Positions 25,780 through 35,952 of a stretch of 64,000 nt of DNA are shown piece after piece. The stretch lies in sequence record OR699282.2; one strand, 5' to 3'. The notes under the pieces are model-generated. The model was not told the origin of the DNA. It saw nothing but the letters and a program-made list of their open reading frames with translations, and did no database searches. Made by a program: the position numbers and the translations under genes. The first letter of the stretch is position 1. Every line of letters starts with the position of its first letter.

Positions 25780-26271
25780 ATGTTTGAATTCCCAGAAGAG
25801 TCATTTAACTTCATTGACCCTACTGATGATGGATACCGACATATTAACATTTATAGTAAAGCCAGAACGAAGTTAGGTAGAGATCTATCTAACTTTTCTT
25901 CGCATAGCTTCACACTTGAACCATATGGTTGGTTCCCTTCAGTTGAAACATTTTACTTTTGGTTTTTAACTGGGCAAAAACATGATGACCTTAGAAAAGT
26001 ATCTGGTGCAGCAGCAAAAGCAGCCGCTAACAAATATATGCATGATCGAATTGAAATGACGGATGATTGTATTTCTATTATTCAAGATGCTATTTGTGCT
26101 AAGATAATTCAAAATCCAGAGTTAGCCGAAAGATTAAGAAAAAGCAAGTTGCCTTTTTACCATTACTATGTATATGGTGGTAAAGTTGTAGATGTATCCG
26201 ACGAACATGATTGGTTTGTTAAAACATTCGAATATATAAGAACGGTGTTAAAGGAAAACTATAATGGGTAA
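25780..26271 (+). CDS. NADAR-family ADP-ribosylhydrolase (T4 gp30.3-like)
   Basis: LSNFSSHSF...FPSVETFY...VSGAAAK...AKIIQNPELAERLRKS. Confidence 0.7.
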   Translation: MFEFPEESFNFIDPTDDGYRHINIYSKARTKLGRDLSNFSSHSFTLEPYGWFPSVETFYFWFLTGQKHDDLRKVSGAAAKAAANKYMHDRIEMTDDCISIIQDAICAKIIQNPELAERLRKSKLPFYHYYVYGGKVVDVSDEHDWFVKTFEYIRTVLKENYNG

Positions 26272-27858
26272 ATGTTGGGTATGCTTCAAGGTGTTTGATG
26301 AAGAATATGAAATAATATTAGATGTATTGCCACAGCAGTACATGGTGTGTAATGAAAAATACAAATTGGACACCTACCCGACCCCCAAGTACATGGGAAT
26401 ATGTCCTTTGTGTGATGCAAATGGCGTGTCCAATAGTGAGATTTCATTCACTAACCAAGCCACAACTAACTGTGTATCTGGGTATATAAGAGAGAATCGA
26501 GAATATTTTATTAGGAGATTATATGAACGACAAAATCTTTGATACATATGACATCGATACTTTACTAACACCATCTGATAACAGTACTGTTAAAATGGAC
26601 ATGTACTGGATTGTCGTTGATAAAAAAGTATTTAGACATAAAATTACTAAAGTTTGGCAATGTAATAAAAACAAATCTATTGTTGAAGGATTGGCACAAT
26701 GCATTCCTAATGCAGAGGTTTTATTTTTACCATATGCATATACAAAGGAATAAAATGAAAAAAACTTGGAAAATATTCACAATACCTGCTATAATGTTGT
26801 TATTGGCACTTTTCACACCGCAGAGTCATGTATTGTCTCTTAATATTGTGGAAATAATTCTTCTTGTAATTCACTGTGTCGTGTGTTATAATTATGTAAA
26901 AGGTGATAAAGAATGAAGTTCTTTAAAATTCGAATTGGTGTAAGTTCTGGTTTATCTCATTGGGTATTTTATGATTTACCTGATAGTTATACTATTGATG
27001 ATGTAATTGATTTATATACCGAAGATCAACAATGGGTGTTAGATACCGAAACACATAGAATTGATTGTCAAGAGATTAGTGAAGAAGATTACAAGCACGG
27101 AAAGCAAGCCATGAAGTATTTTGAAACAAATATCAAAATGCTGACTGAAAACGTATTTCCAGTAAAAGAATGGGCAATTTTACTTGCTAATCCTAAAAAA
27201 CCTGTTAGAATTGGTTATCCAAATTTTCATATGGTGTATCGTATGAATGATAAGCGAGAGCTTAACTATCAATACGATTACGATTCATCTAAGTTTGGAG
27301 TTCTTAAACAATTTTTAAAGGCTTATCCAGTATGAGTGAAGATAGTAAAGAGTATATTTTACGTTGTTCTTGTGGCGATAAAATGGAGCATTGCGTTCAC
27401 ATTGCACAATTTGACTTGACAGAGGAATATGGAGATGATAAACTTGGTCAATGTCTGATAAGTATGCGTTTAAATCCTTTTTTAAAATGGTATAACCGTG
27501 TATGGGTTGCAGTAAAGTATGTTTTTGGTGTAAACGACTATCAATATGTAGAAGCAACAATTGATGTTGACATTCTAAAAGAAGTTGTGTTACAATTAGA
27601 AGATACTAGAACTGATGAGGTTAAAAAAGAACAAAGAGAAAAACGTACTGATGTGAAGGTTTTATGAGTACTGAACTTTATGAAAAAAAGTACTGTACAA
27701 ATTGCTCAACTGAGTATACAATACAAGGTATGTTGATTTGTACAATATGTCAGTCAAAGAAATCAGCAACTTTCATCGTTGATGATAGATTTGGTGATTT
27801 GAAACAGTTTAAAGCAAACCGCAATCTTCGTATTTTTAGCAATCTAAATAAGGAATAA
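26264..27858 (+). other. run of small hypothetical ORFs (26264-26542, 26523-26753, 26913-27335, 27332-27667, 27664-27858), some with CxxC pairs
   Basis: tightly packed overlapping start/stop codons; CxxC in 26264 and 27664. Confidence 0.55.
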
Positions 27859-27861
27859 TAT

Positions 27862-28290
27862 ATGAATATCGAACAAACTATCCGTGAACATTCTTTCTTC
27901 GCTCCAGAAACTGGTCGTGTTATTGAGAGCGTCAAAATTGAAGAACTAATGGTCAATGTTAAATACAAAGAACCAAATGATGAGATTAGCAGTACTTTTT
28001 GTGCTCTACGTGCACCATTCCGTAATGAAAAAGCTAAGAAACCAGCATATGTTCTTGCCATTGCACTGGGTTGTGTTGTAAAACTTGCAGTTGATGAAAA
28101 TCTTCTGAATATTAAAGTTGCACCAAGCAATGACGATGAAAACATTGATTTGAACTTTGATGGTTCTCTTGATGAAGATGTATTTTTCCAACAGTCACTT
28201 GTTTACGACTTCCGTACAGTGACACATTCTCACATCAAGTTCATTAATGAAATGGTTGGGATTGTTGCTGAATACGAAGAATCTCTCTAA
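27862..28290 (+). CDS. FQxS-box family protein
   Basis: DEDVFFQQSLVYDF. Confidence 0.7.
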   Translation: MNIEQTIREHSFFAPETGRVIESVKIEELMVNVKYKEPNDEISSTFCALRAPFRNEKAKKPAYVLAIALGCVVKLAVDENLLNIKVAPSNDDENIDLNFDGSLDEDVFFQQSLVYDFRTVTHSHIKFINEMVGIVAEYEESL

Positions 28291-28343
28291 GTAAATACAA
28301 AAGCCTCCATTATGGAGGCTTTTATCACATAAGGAAATGAAAT

Positions 28344-28895
28344 ATGATAGACCAAATTAAAATCCTTACAAAGCAAATCACTGATTTTCTTTCTGATAAA
28401 GATGGATTTAATACAGAAGTAAAAATGCACGGTGTTAGTGTTGATGTAATTGCACCAAATGGTAATGTAACAAGTTACGACATGTATGAATTACTTCTTT
28501 ATACTCTAGCAGTACGTAAACTAGGTAGTGATATTGAACTCAATATCAATACTGATGAAAGTGGGAATAAAATTTTTGCAATCAACACCAGTGCTAAATT
28601 CGATATCAGTACTGAAATTAAAAAAATAAATGAAAGTTTTATTGGCTTTAAGCATGAATCAATTCAAAGTGTTTTTATTGGAAAGCAAACTTCTAATAGT
28701 GAATGCCCATATTGTGTAATGACTTTATATAAAGATGGAAACTGGATGCGTCAAGATTTAGTATTTGCTGAACTTCTGTATGCATTTACACATGAACTTA
28801 AAATCGAATTGGACGATAGTGTTTATTGCTTTAAGAAAATTCGAAATATAACTAAAGATATACAAACCCAACTTAAAGAATTAAATGATAAATAA
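28344..28895 (+). CDS. hypothetical protein
   Basis: 183-aa ORF with AAGGA RBS after terminator 28300-28323. Confidence 0.65.
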   Translation: MIDQIKILTKQITDFLSDKDGFNTEVKMHGVSVDVIAPNGNVTSYDMYELLLYTLAVRKLGSDIELNINTDESGNKIFAINTSAKFDISTEIKKINESFIGFKHESIQSVFIGKQTSNSECPYCVMTLYKDGNWMRQDLVFAELLYAFTHELKIELDDSVYCFKKIRNITKDIQTQLKELNDK

Positions 28896-29035
28896 ATATA
28901 CCAGAAATGGTTAACATATCATGTTACTTTCCTCCCTTACATAATAATGATGCGTTATTATATTTTCATTTTGTTCTTATTCCCCTTTTGGTACAAAATC
29001 ATTTTAGTACTGCCCCGATCTTCGGGGCATTTTTC
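28889..29035 (+). ncRNA. candidate small RNA with C-rich single-stranded segments
   Basis: TAAATA twice, three hairpins separated by TTTCCTCCCTT and TTATTCCCC, then terminator TGCCCCGA-TCT-TCGGGGCA-TTTTT. Confidence 0.4.
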
Positions 29036-29055
29036 TTATCTAAAATTGAGGATAT

Positions 29056-29451
29056 ATGAAGAACAATATTGGAACTTCAATAATTAAACCACTTTCTTAT
29101 TACCTTGAAAAATTTAGAAGCACAAATGGTAATAAATTTAATAATATATTTCAGTTCTCTCATAAAGAATATATTACAATTGATCATTTTTCAAAGAAAC
29201 TAATGTATGTAAATGATAATAGTCATATTATTAAATTATCATTCGATATTGAGTTAGATAAATTAACATTTACGGAATACATTAATCAAAAAACTTCTTT
29301 TTTATGTCAATACAATAGGAAAGTATATAGTAATATTTCTATGTATCTAAATGATGAATATCACTTTCAACAATCTACAATAGAAGAAGTATTGTTCAGT
29401 ACTGAAGAATTAAAAGAACTATATTACTGGTATAATTATTTCACATCTTGA
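29056..29451 (+). CDS. FQxS-box family protein
   Basis: NDEYHFQQSTIEEV. Confidence 0.7.
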   Translation: MKNNIGTSIIKPLSYYLEKFRSTNGNKFNNIFQFSHKEYITIDHFSKKLMYVNDNSHIIKLSFDIELDKLTFTEYINQKTSFLCQYNRKVYSNISMYLNDEYHFQQSTIEEVLFSTEELKELYYWYNYFTS

Positions 29452-29506
29452 CATTATTGTGGGTTTATCCTACAATACATGATGATGCTGCATTGAGGAT
29501 AAATTT

Positions 29507-29917
29507 ATGAGTTTAGATTTACACAATGAACTAAAATATTTTTTAGATTTGGACATATCAGAATTGAACCACCACGTCAATCATATGACTAGTACTGTAT
29601 GGTGGTCTAATGATCAAGACGACCCAATTATCCAACTAAGTGATGAATCGTCAATTATGCGATTTTATAAGATTAATTATAAAACGAACATCAAGATCAC
29701 ATATGTACCATACAAAAACATACTACTAGTCGAAACACTTAATCCAAGTTCTTTATTAAAAATCACCGATTTAGATACATTACAAACAAGTGAATCTTTA
29801 TTCCAACGTTCATTAGTTGATGATCTTGGTGGTATTACTTTTGAAGATATATTACAATTGAAGAATATGTATAGTGAATTGTTGGAGATTAAAAACACTT
29901 TAGTAATGGGGAATTGA
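29507..29917 (+). CDS. FQxS-box family protein
   Basis: TSESLFQRSLVDDLGGITFEDI; promoter TTGACA-17-TACAAT near 29448. Confidence 0.75.
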   Translation: MSLDLHNELKYFLDLDISELNHHVNHMTSTVWWSNDQDDPIIQLSDESSIMRFYKINYKTNIKITYVPYKNILLVETLNPSSLLKITDLDTLQTSESLFQRSLVDDLGGITFEDILQLKNMYSELLEIKNTLVMGN

Positions 29918-29918
29918 T

Positions 29919-30323
29919 ATGGTAAGTTTACTAGATATTGATAATACCAGTTTAGTGCTGGTGAAAAAAGGTTTAATTCCAAATTCTAAAAAAATTGATT
30001 ATGCTGTTATTGAAACAAATATTGGAAATATCTGGTACGACTCTGAAAGGGATATTGTGTTTAGCTGTGTAGACAGTGATCGTTCTGAATGTTGTAGAGT
30101 CGGTCATGACGGACAATTTGTTTTTGAATTTCGTTATTGGAAGGACGCAAAATTTCACCAAGAACTGGTTGCTTTGTCAAATGAACTATATACAGAAGAA
30201 TCGTTCTTCATGGCTAGTACTATTAATGATTTTGGTTCAGTTACATTTGAGTACTATAAAAAAATATACGCACTATCCAGAGAAGTTATGAAAATTATCA
30301 GAACTGCTGAAGGTAAAGAATAA
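29919..30323 (+). CDS. FQxS-box family protein
   Basis: TEESFFMASTINDFGSVTFEYY. Confidence 0.75.
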   Translation: MVSLLDIDNTSLVLVKKGLIPNSKKIDYAVIETNIGNIWYDSERDIVFSCVDSDRSECCRVGHDGQFVFEFRYWKDAKFHQELVALSNELYTEESFFMASTINDFGSVTFEYYKKIYALSREVMKIIRTAEGKE

Positions 30324-30324
30324 C

Positions 30325-30702
30325 ATGACTACTATATATGATATTTTGGGTGTTCTGAGTAGAAATATAGATGATGATTTTGTTATTGTTCAAGATACTA
30401 GAAATACATTTCAACTACCAATAGGTTCACCAGATAGGTTAATTTTTAATAGATACTCAAATGAACTAACTTACATCCATGATGGGATTGCAATTGTATC
30501 AGTTTCTATAAACGACTATACAATACGATATGTATATGACTTCAACGATTATTGTACAAGAATCCACAGTATTGATATTTCCGAAGAGGAACTATTCCAA
30601 TTGTCATTGATTGAGAAAAATGTAATAGGAATTACAGAAATTGGTATTATTAAAAAAGCATTAAACTATACAAATATAAGAATTAATGGTGGGTGCGGAT
30701 GA
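30325..30702 (+). CDS. FQxS-box family protein
   Basis: SEEELFQLSLIEK. Confidence 0.75.
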   Translation: MTTIYDILGVLSRNIDDDFVIVQDTRNTFQLPIGSPDRLIFNRYSNELTYIHDGIAIVSVSINDYTIRYVYDFNDYCTRIHSIDISEEELFQLSLIEKNVIGITEIGIIKKALNYTNIRINGGCG

Positions 30703-31154
30703 ATGTTGACGAAATAAAAAATCATTTTGAAATTGCAATGTCATGTGAATTTGACACACAACGTGTTCATGACCCGAAAGAACATATACGAATTTGTTGT
30801 GAATTGTCAGATGATTGTAATATTTTTATTGGAAAAACCTATGACATGATCGATCTTTCATGTATAGATCCATTGGAAAGAAAAACAAAATATTTATATC
30901 TGTACAACACAACATCAGATACGATTGCAATACAACTAATATCAACCACAACATCCCAAAGTTATTATAACATAACTGAGGTTAGTAGTTTAACGTTAAC
31001 CGAAGAAGGATTCTTTCAACAATCGCTTATTCGTGAAATTGGTGTTAGTTATGATGAGTTAAATGTATTAGTAGATTGTTTCGAAAAATTAAGTACTTTT
31101 GTATTATCCCTTTTTAATATACAGTCGCAAAATCCAATGGTGGTGAAATGCTAA
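30693..31154 (+). CDS. FQxS-box family protein
   Basis: TEEGFFQQSLIREIGVSYDEL. Confidence 0.75.
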   Translation: MRMNVDEIKNHFEIAMSCEFDTQRVHDPKEHIRICCELSDDCNIFIGKTYDMIDLSCIDPLERKTKYLYLYNTTSDTIAIQLISTTTSQSYYNITEVSSLTLTEEGFFQQSLIREIGVSYDELNVLVDCFEKLSTFVLSLFNIQSQNPMVVKC

Positions 31155-31588
31155 ATCCAAGTAAATTTCTCCACTTACTTTCGATAACATCAATACCGGA
31201 TCTTACCAGTGAAACTAATGAATATCGTGAAGCTGGGGTGGTGTCTATGGAACTCGATACATTTGACCACAAATGCTATGTGACATATGACCCACCGCGT
31301 TATGGTAAAGAACATTCTTCTTTTATTTTTGTATTCGTATACACTGTATATGATAATACAACACTTGATGATGTTTGTATTGACACTTACGAAATTTGTG
31401 ATAATATCATAACTGATGACAACAATAACTCATTTGATATGTCACTATATAACACAGAAGAATCGTTGTTTCAACTTAGTACTGTTATTGATGCACCATC
31501 ATTAGAAGATATAAAACAATTTCAAGAACATCTTGACGCAGTTCGTGAGATGTTCTATAATCATTATCCAGAAGTAGAGTTCAATTAA
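31148..31588 (+). CDS. FQxS-box family protein
   Basis: TEESLFQLSTVIDAPSLEDI. Confidence 0.75.
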   Translation: MLNPSKFLHLLSITSIPDLTSETNEYREAGVVSMELDTFDHKCYVTYDPPRYGKEHSSFIFVFVYTVYDNTTLDDVCIDTYEICDNIITDDNNNSFDMSLYNTEESLFQLSTVIDAPSLEDIKQFQEHLDAVREMFYNHYPEVEFN

Positions 31589-31602
31589 CTAAAGGTAATA
31601 AG

Positions 31603-31863
31603 ATGACTAAAGTAGTTCGTAAACGCCACATGATGAACATGGATGAATTTCGCACATTTGACAAATATCGTACTATGTTTCGTATGCTTTCACAGGGCCG
31701 TCCAATCGTCATTGTAACAGAGAATTACATGTCACCTGAGATTATGTTTGGTAATTATGAAAAGGTCTTCATGTTGTACGTGAAGCGTGGATTACTTACA
31801 ATCAAGACATTAGCTGAAGCAACTGATGAAGATATGGATGGTGATAATACCTTTACCATGTGA
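31603..31863 (+). CDS. hypothetical protein
   Basis: 86-aa ORF with AAGGT RBS. Confidence 0.6.
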   Translation: MTKVVRKRHMMNMDEFRTFDKYRTMFRMLSQGRPIVIVTENYMSPEIMFGNYEKVFMLYVKRGLLTIKTLAEATDEDMDGDNTFTM

Positions 31864-31871
31864 GGAAATAT

Positions 31872-31949
31872 ATGTCTGAAAAGCCAAAAGAACCATTAGA
31901 TCGTGATGATGATTTTTATGACGAACGATATGGAGATGATGATGAGTGA
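31872..31949 (+). CDS. 25-aa acidic micropeptide (below the ORF-track cutoff)
   Basis: GAGGA RBS; MSEKPKEPLDRDDDFYDERYGDDDE; stop overlaps the next ATG at 31942. Confidence 0.5.
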   Translation: MSEKPKEPLDRDDDFYDERYGDDDE

Positions 31950-32193
31950 ACATAGTGCTGTGCTTAAAAAGATTTTAAAGGAACTTGATGGTGAATTTAA
32001 TGTCACAGAAGAAGAATATCAGCATTGGAAGAAAGGTTTTGAACAACTAACCGAGTATGATAAAGTGTTCAATATGATTGGCGTAATTAGCCAGTATTTA
32101 CTCGGTGGAGGACGTGCAAGTGCTTCAATTCTGGCATCTGCAATCATCTGTACATCACGATGGTGTGATGAAAAAAGTTTGGAAGATTTCTAA
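31942..32193 (+). CDS. hypothetical protein
   Basis: in-frame ATG 31942 within ORF 31903-32193. Confidence 0.55.
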   Translation: MSEHSAVLKKILKELDGEFNVTEEEYQHWKKGFEQLTEYDKVFNMIGVISQYLLGGGRASASILASAIICTSRWCDEKSLEDF

Positions 32194-32245
32194 ATAAGAT
32201 GCTATAATATATTATAGTACCTTAACAATATAAAAAGGATTTTAT

Positions 32246-33106
32246 ATGAAACCTATCCGAATACTTTCTCTTTTTAATGGAATGAGTGTGGGATATATGG
32301 CATTGCAAGATGCGGGTATCCCAGTTGAAAAATATTATTCATCCGAAATTGATAAGTACGCAATAGCTGAATCTCAATCTAACTTTCCTGATATTATCCA
32401 ATTGGGTGATATAACTAAGTGGAGAGAATGGGATATTGAGTGGGACAAAATAGATTTATTAATGGGTGGTTTCCCATGCCAAGCCTGGTCAGTTGCAGGT
32501 AAACAGGGTGGTTTAAATGATATACGTGGGCAGTTATTTTTAGTAATGGTTGAAATTTTTGATCATATCAAAAGTCTCAATCCTAACTTGAAATTTCTGT
32601 TTGAAAATGTTAAAATGAAGGAAGATTTCAAAGAATACATTAATAGTATTTTAGGAATCACGCCAGTACTGATAAACTCCCAGCATTATACGCCTCACTT
32701 CAGGCAGAGATATTACTGGTACAGTACTGATAAGCTTTTTATACCACCTGCATTATCCAATGCACCTAAACTTCAAGATATTATTGAAGATGGTTGGTAC
32801 ACTGACAGAACCGCTTCGTACTGTATAGATGCTAACTATTTTAAAGGTGGTGATTGTAACCAGTACTTTAATAAATCCAGACGACAATTGGTGTTTCGTG
32901 ACCCAGTGATCAGTCGTCAATATCTATTAGAGAATGGCAAAAGAAATATTGACTATAGACACTTAAGTGTAGTAGAATGTTGTAAATTACAGGGTGTTCC
33001 TGAAGATTTCTTTAAAGTGTCTAGTAAGACACAAGCATACAAAATGCTTGGGAATGGATGGACTATGCCAGTTATATCACATTTACTAAGAGAGATATTC
33101 TTTTGA
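32246..33106 (+). CDS. C5-cytosine DNA methyltransferase
   Basis: motif I LSLFNGMSVG, motif IV GGFPCQAWS, motif VI FENV, motif VIII RQRYYW, motif X KMLGNGW. Confidence 0.9.
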   Translation: MKPIRILSLFNGMSVGYMALQDAGIPVEKYYSSEIDKYAIAESQSNFPDIIQLGDITKWREWDIEWDKIDLLMGGFPCQAWSVAGKQGGLNDIRGQLFLVMVEIFDHIKSLNPNLKFLFENVKMKEDFKEYINSILGITPVLINSQHYTPHFRQRYYWYSTDKLFIPPALSNAPKLQDIIEDGWYTDRTASYCIDANYFKGGDCNQYFNKSRRQLVFRDPVISRQYLLENGKRNIDYRHLSVVECCKLQGVPEDFFKVSSKTQAYKMLGNGWTMPVISHLLREIFF

Positions 33107-33588
33107 ACATAAACAAATACCAAACTTATATAAAACGTACAGAAAGTTTCAAACGGCTGGCTGTAAAATCTGAATTAGAATTTAATTTGTATTATCCTAA
33201 TATTGGTGATGAGGTATTTTATTGCTCTCATTCAAAGAATGGAACTTTACTTAAATCGGGTAAAGGAACTATTGTTGATATGACCGCAAATTTCAGAGGT
33301 AAACTTAATGTAATGTACAAAGTACAAGATTCAAGTACTGAGTGTATTCATGAAGTGATGCATAACATACCTGCATATCCAAAAGATTTTGTTCAGCTAA
33401 TATCTCGAAGGGAGAAACCTATGTTTTATTGTGGTTACGACAAATTAACCAAACAAATTATTCCTAATACTATGGGAAAATTTAAAAGTGATGTGAAATC
33501 TGAACTTGAAAAGAAATTTGGCACGTCATGGGAAACTGAAAACGAGTTTATCGAAATTCGTTTAATTGAAATTACTATACTTGAATAA
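33058..33588 (+). CDS. hypothetical protein
   Basis: ORF directly after the MTase (true start may be TTG near 33103); terminator 33594-33619. Confidence 0.55.
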   Translation: MDYASYITFTKRDILLNINKYQTYIKRTESFKRLAVKSELEFNLYYPNIGDEVFYCSHSKNGTLLKSGKGTIVDMTANFRGKLNVMYKVQDSSTECIHEVMHNIPAYPKDFVQLISRREKPMFYCGYDKLTKQIIPNTMGKFKSDVKSELEKKFGTSWETENEFIEIRLIEITILE

Positions 33589-33630
33589 TTACAAATCCAC
33601 GCATTGCGTGGATTTTTCATAGGTGCATAT

Positions 33631-34146
33631 ATGCCAATTCCTTATGTTAAAATTATTAATAATATTCTCGATTCATGGGAAGATGTTATTACTGGTAAAA
33701 AGCAACCATCACCAGTACATGCTTTATCTGGGAAACTTCAATTCAGAATGTCAAACCAAACTGAAACATTTAATAATCATGATATTTGCATTACATTAAA
33801 AACACCTATTAGTATTGTAATTAAAAAAAATAAAGATGATGAATTGACATTATCTATTGGTCGTGATAAAATCATTTTAAGTAATTTGTCTGAAGAAGAA
33901 TTCTTTCAAAGAAGTACTATTATCGATATGAAAGATTTCACATATGAATCATTGGTTGAACTCAATACACGTTTTAACGATATTCAGGAACGATTGCGAC
34001 CAATTCTTCGTATCGAAGAAGAAGCCTGGATTGAAAGTATTAGGAAGATGCAAGAAATGTTGAAAGAAAATATTAACAATCTGGGTAAAGCTACAATGGA
34101 ATTTGGTAAAACTTTTAAACTGAACTTTTCAAAGGATCGTAAATGA
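33631..34146 (+). CDS. FQxS-box family protein
   Basis: SEEEFFQRSTIIDMKDFTYESL. Confidence 0.75.
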   Translation: MPIPYVKIINNILDSWEDVITGKKQPSPVHALSGKLQFRMSNQTETFNNHDICITLKTPISIVIKKNKDDELTLSIGRDKIILSNLSEEEFFQRSTIIDMKDFTYESLVELNTRFNDIQERLRPILRIEEEAWIESIRKMQEMLKENINNLGKATMEFGKTFKLNFSKDRK

Positions 34147-34598
34147 AAATTGATAATTTGATTCATGTTTTAGGATCTTTACATAAAATATTATCACATC
34201 TACATGAGATAAAGAAACTGGGATTTAACATCTCAAATTCAATTGAAACTACATTTAAATATCAATCAATTACTGGTGATGGTTATTACATAATCGAATA
34301 TACTTATGAAACCGATCCAGACTTCTATCCTCTTACGTTGAGAATTTATCCAACAAATCCGAGAGGAATTCACGACATATCATCAATTTCACTTGATCCA
34401 GATGGTGAAACGAGTATTGAATACAATAATGATTCAAAACCAGAATTTTACATTGATGATATTAAAATGATGTTCAACGATGAATATGTGTTCCAGCAAA
34501 GTACAGTGCATGATGTTGGAAGTACTAATGGACAATTTTGGAATACATGTTATTATCATATGATTGAAATTTGTAAATTACTAAAAGGTGATGATTAA
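34143..34598 (+). CDS. FQxS-box family protein
   Basis: NDEYVFQQSTVHDVG. Confidence 0.7.
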   Translation: MKIDNLIHVLGSLHKILSHLHEIKKLGFNISNSIETTFKYQSITGDGYYIIEYTYETDPDFYPLTLRIYPTNPRGIHDISSISLDPDGETSIEYNNDSKPEFYIDDIKMMFNDEYVFQQSTVHDVGSTNGQFWNTCYYHMIEICKLLKGDD

Positions 34599-34981
34599 TG
34601 AAATACAGCATTGAAGTACATTACACTACAGGGGACACTGAAACTGAAGATTCAGTTACCAATACATTGGATGTTCAATGGGAATCAAAGGATGAGGCAG
34701 TTGTAGCATTACAGTCTTTGAAAGAGCATTGGGTATTCTTTAAGAAACTCGATGATGCATATAGTAACGAACGTGCGACAATAATCGATGAAGCCAAACA
34801 TAAAGAATGGTTTGATCCAATGTCATGTGAATTCTCTTTCTTTGTAAAAATTGGAGATAAAAAAATTCCAGTACGAACACCGTGGAACGGCTACTTTGAA
34901 ACTCTTCATAATGCACGAGTTGTCGCTGTTGATAATCCTGAGCAAATCGATTTCGATTCATTGGACTGGAAAAAACTATGA
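34598..34981 (+). CDS. hypothetical protein
   Basis: 127-aa ORF, coupled. Confidence 0.65.
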   Translation: MKYSIEVHYTTGDTETEDSVTNTLDVQWESKDEAVVALQSLKEHWVFFKKLDDAYSNERATIIDEAKHKEWFDPMSCEFSFFVKIGDKKIPVRTPWNGYFETLHNARVVAVDNPEQIDFDSLDWKKL

Positions 34982-35421
34982 CAGTACTGCACCAATTGAA
35001 GAAGGTTAAGCATCCAGTTGTATACGAGGATTGGAAACGACAGAAGTTGATGGGTGATTTTTATTTCCCAAAATCTAAAGTTCTTGCGAATTCAAGATGT
35101 ACATATTTCAAACATAATGATAAAGATACAGTATTTGTTGAAATGGGTTTCAATCCATCAAATACAATGTTCAGTACTAACCAAACATTTTACAAATTTC
35201 ATATCCAAAAAGATTCATTTTCTATCATGATTTTAAAACTTTTCGTTGAAGATCTGCTATACCGTGGTGAAAGTGTTCCTTTATCATTAGTGGATATTCC
35301 TTATAATAATTTAGAGGAAATGTACTTCCAACAGTTGACAGTGCAAGAAAACTTCGGTATGATAGGACTTCAAGAGTTAGAGATGATTAAACAAATTCGT
35401 GATATCTACTTTAAGGAGTAA
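34978..35421 (+). CDS. FQxS-box family protein
   Basis: LEEMYFQQLTVQENFG. Confidence 0.7.
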   Translation: MTVLHQLKKVKHPVVYEDWKRQKLMGDFYFPKSKVLANSRCTYFKHNDKDTVFVEMGFNPSNTMFSTNQTFYKFHIQKDSFSIMILKLFVEDLLYRGESVPLSLVDIPYNNLEEMYFQQLTVQENFGMIGLQELEMIKQIRDIYFKE

Positions 35422-35952
35422 CTATGCCAGTACGTAACAGTACTTCACGCTTTACGCTTCAACAGAAAGCAGATCTTTTGAATATGGCAAACAAAGATTC
35501 TAATTTTCACTATCTAGTGCTCGGTGGGTCAGTAGAAAAGATTGACCTACGTGAGTGTATGAAATAACAAAAGGGGCTAAAATGAGTTTACGTGAATCAT
35601 GGGAACAATTTAAAGAAGAGATTGGTTATCGTGGTGTTAAGATTGAACCAATCAATCGTACTGAAAGCATCAAAGCTAGTACTAATGGTACTACCTATGA
35701 TCGTTATGATGAAAAGTATGGTTTACATTCTAAACCAAAGGATACTGAGTAATGGTGTATACTAATATTTTTACTGGTATTATGCGTAAATTTATTAATG
35801 GTACTGGATACGTATCTAATGACAACGGTAGTACATGGGTAAAAAATAATACGTCTGAATCTTTAGTAAAAAGTCTTCCGTATTATAAAGCTTGACACAT
35901 GAAAATGGAGTATGTATAATACTCCTATATTAATTAAACGAGGATATACGAA

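Noticed and set aside
28344-28895. Membership of 28344, 34598, 36706 and 50382 in the FQxS-box family
   Set aside because: Similar size and context, but no recognisable EExxFQxS motif.
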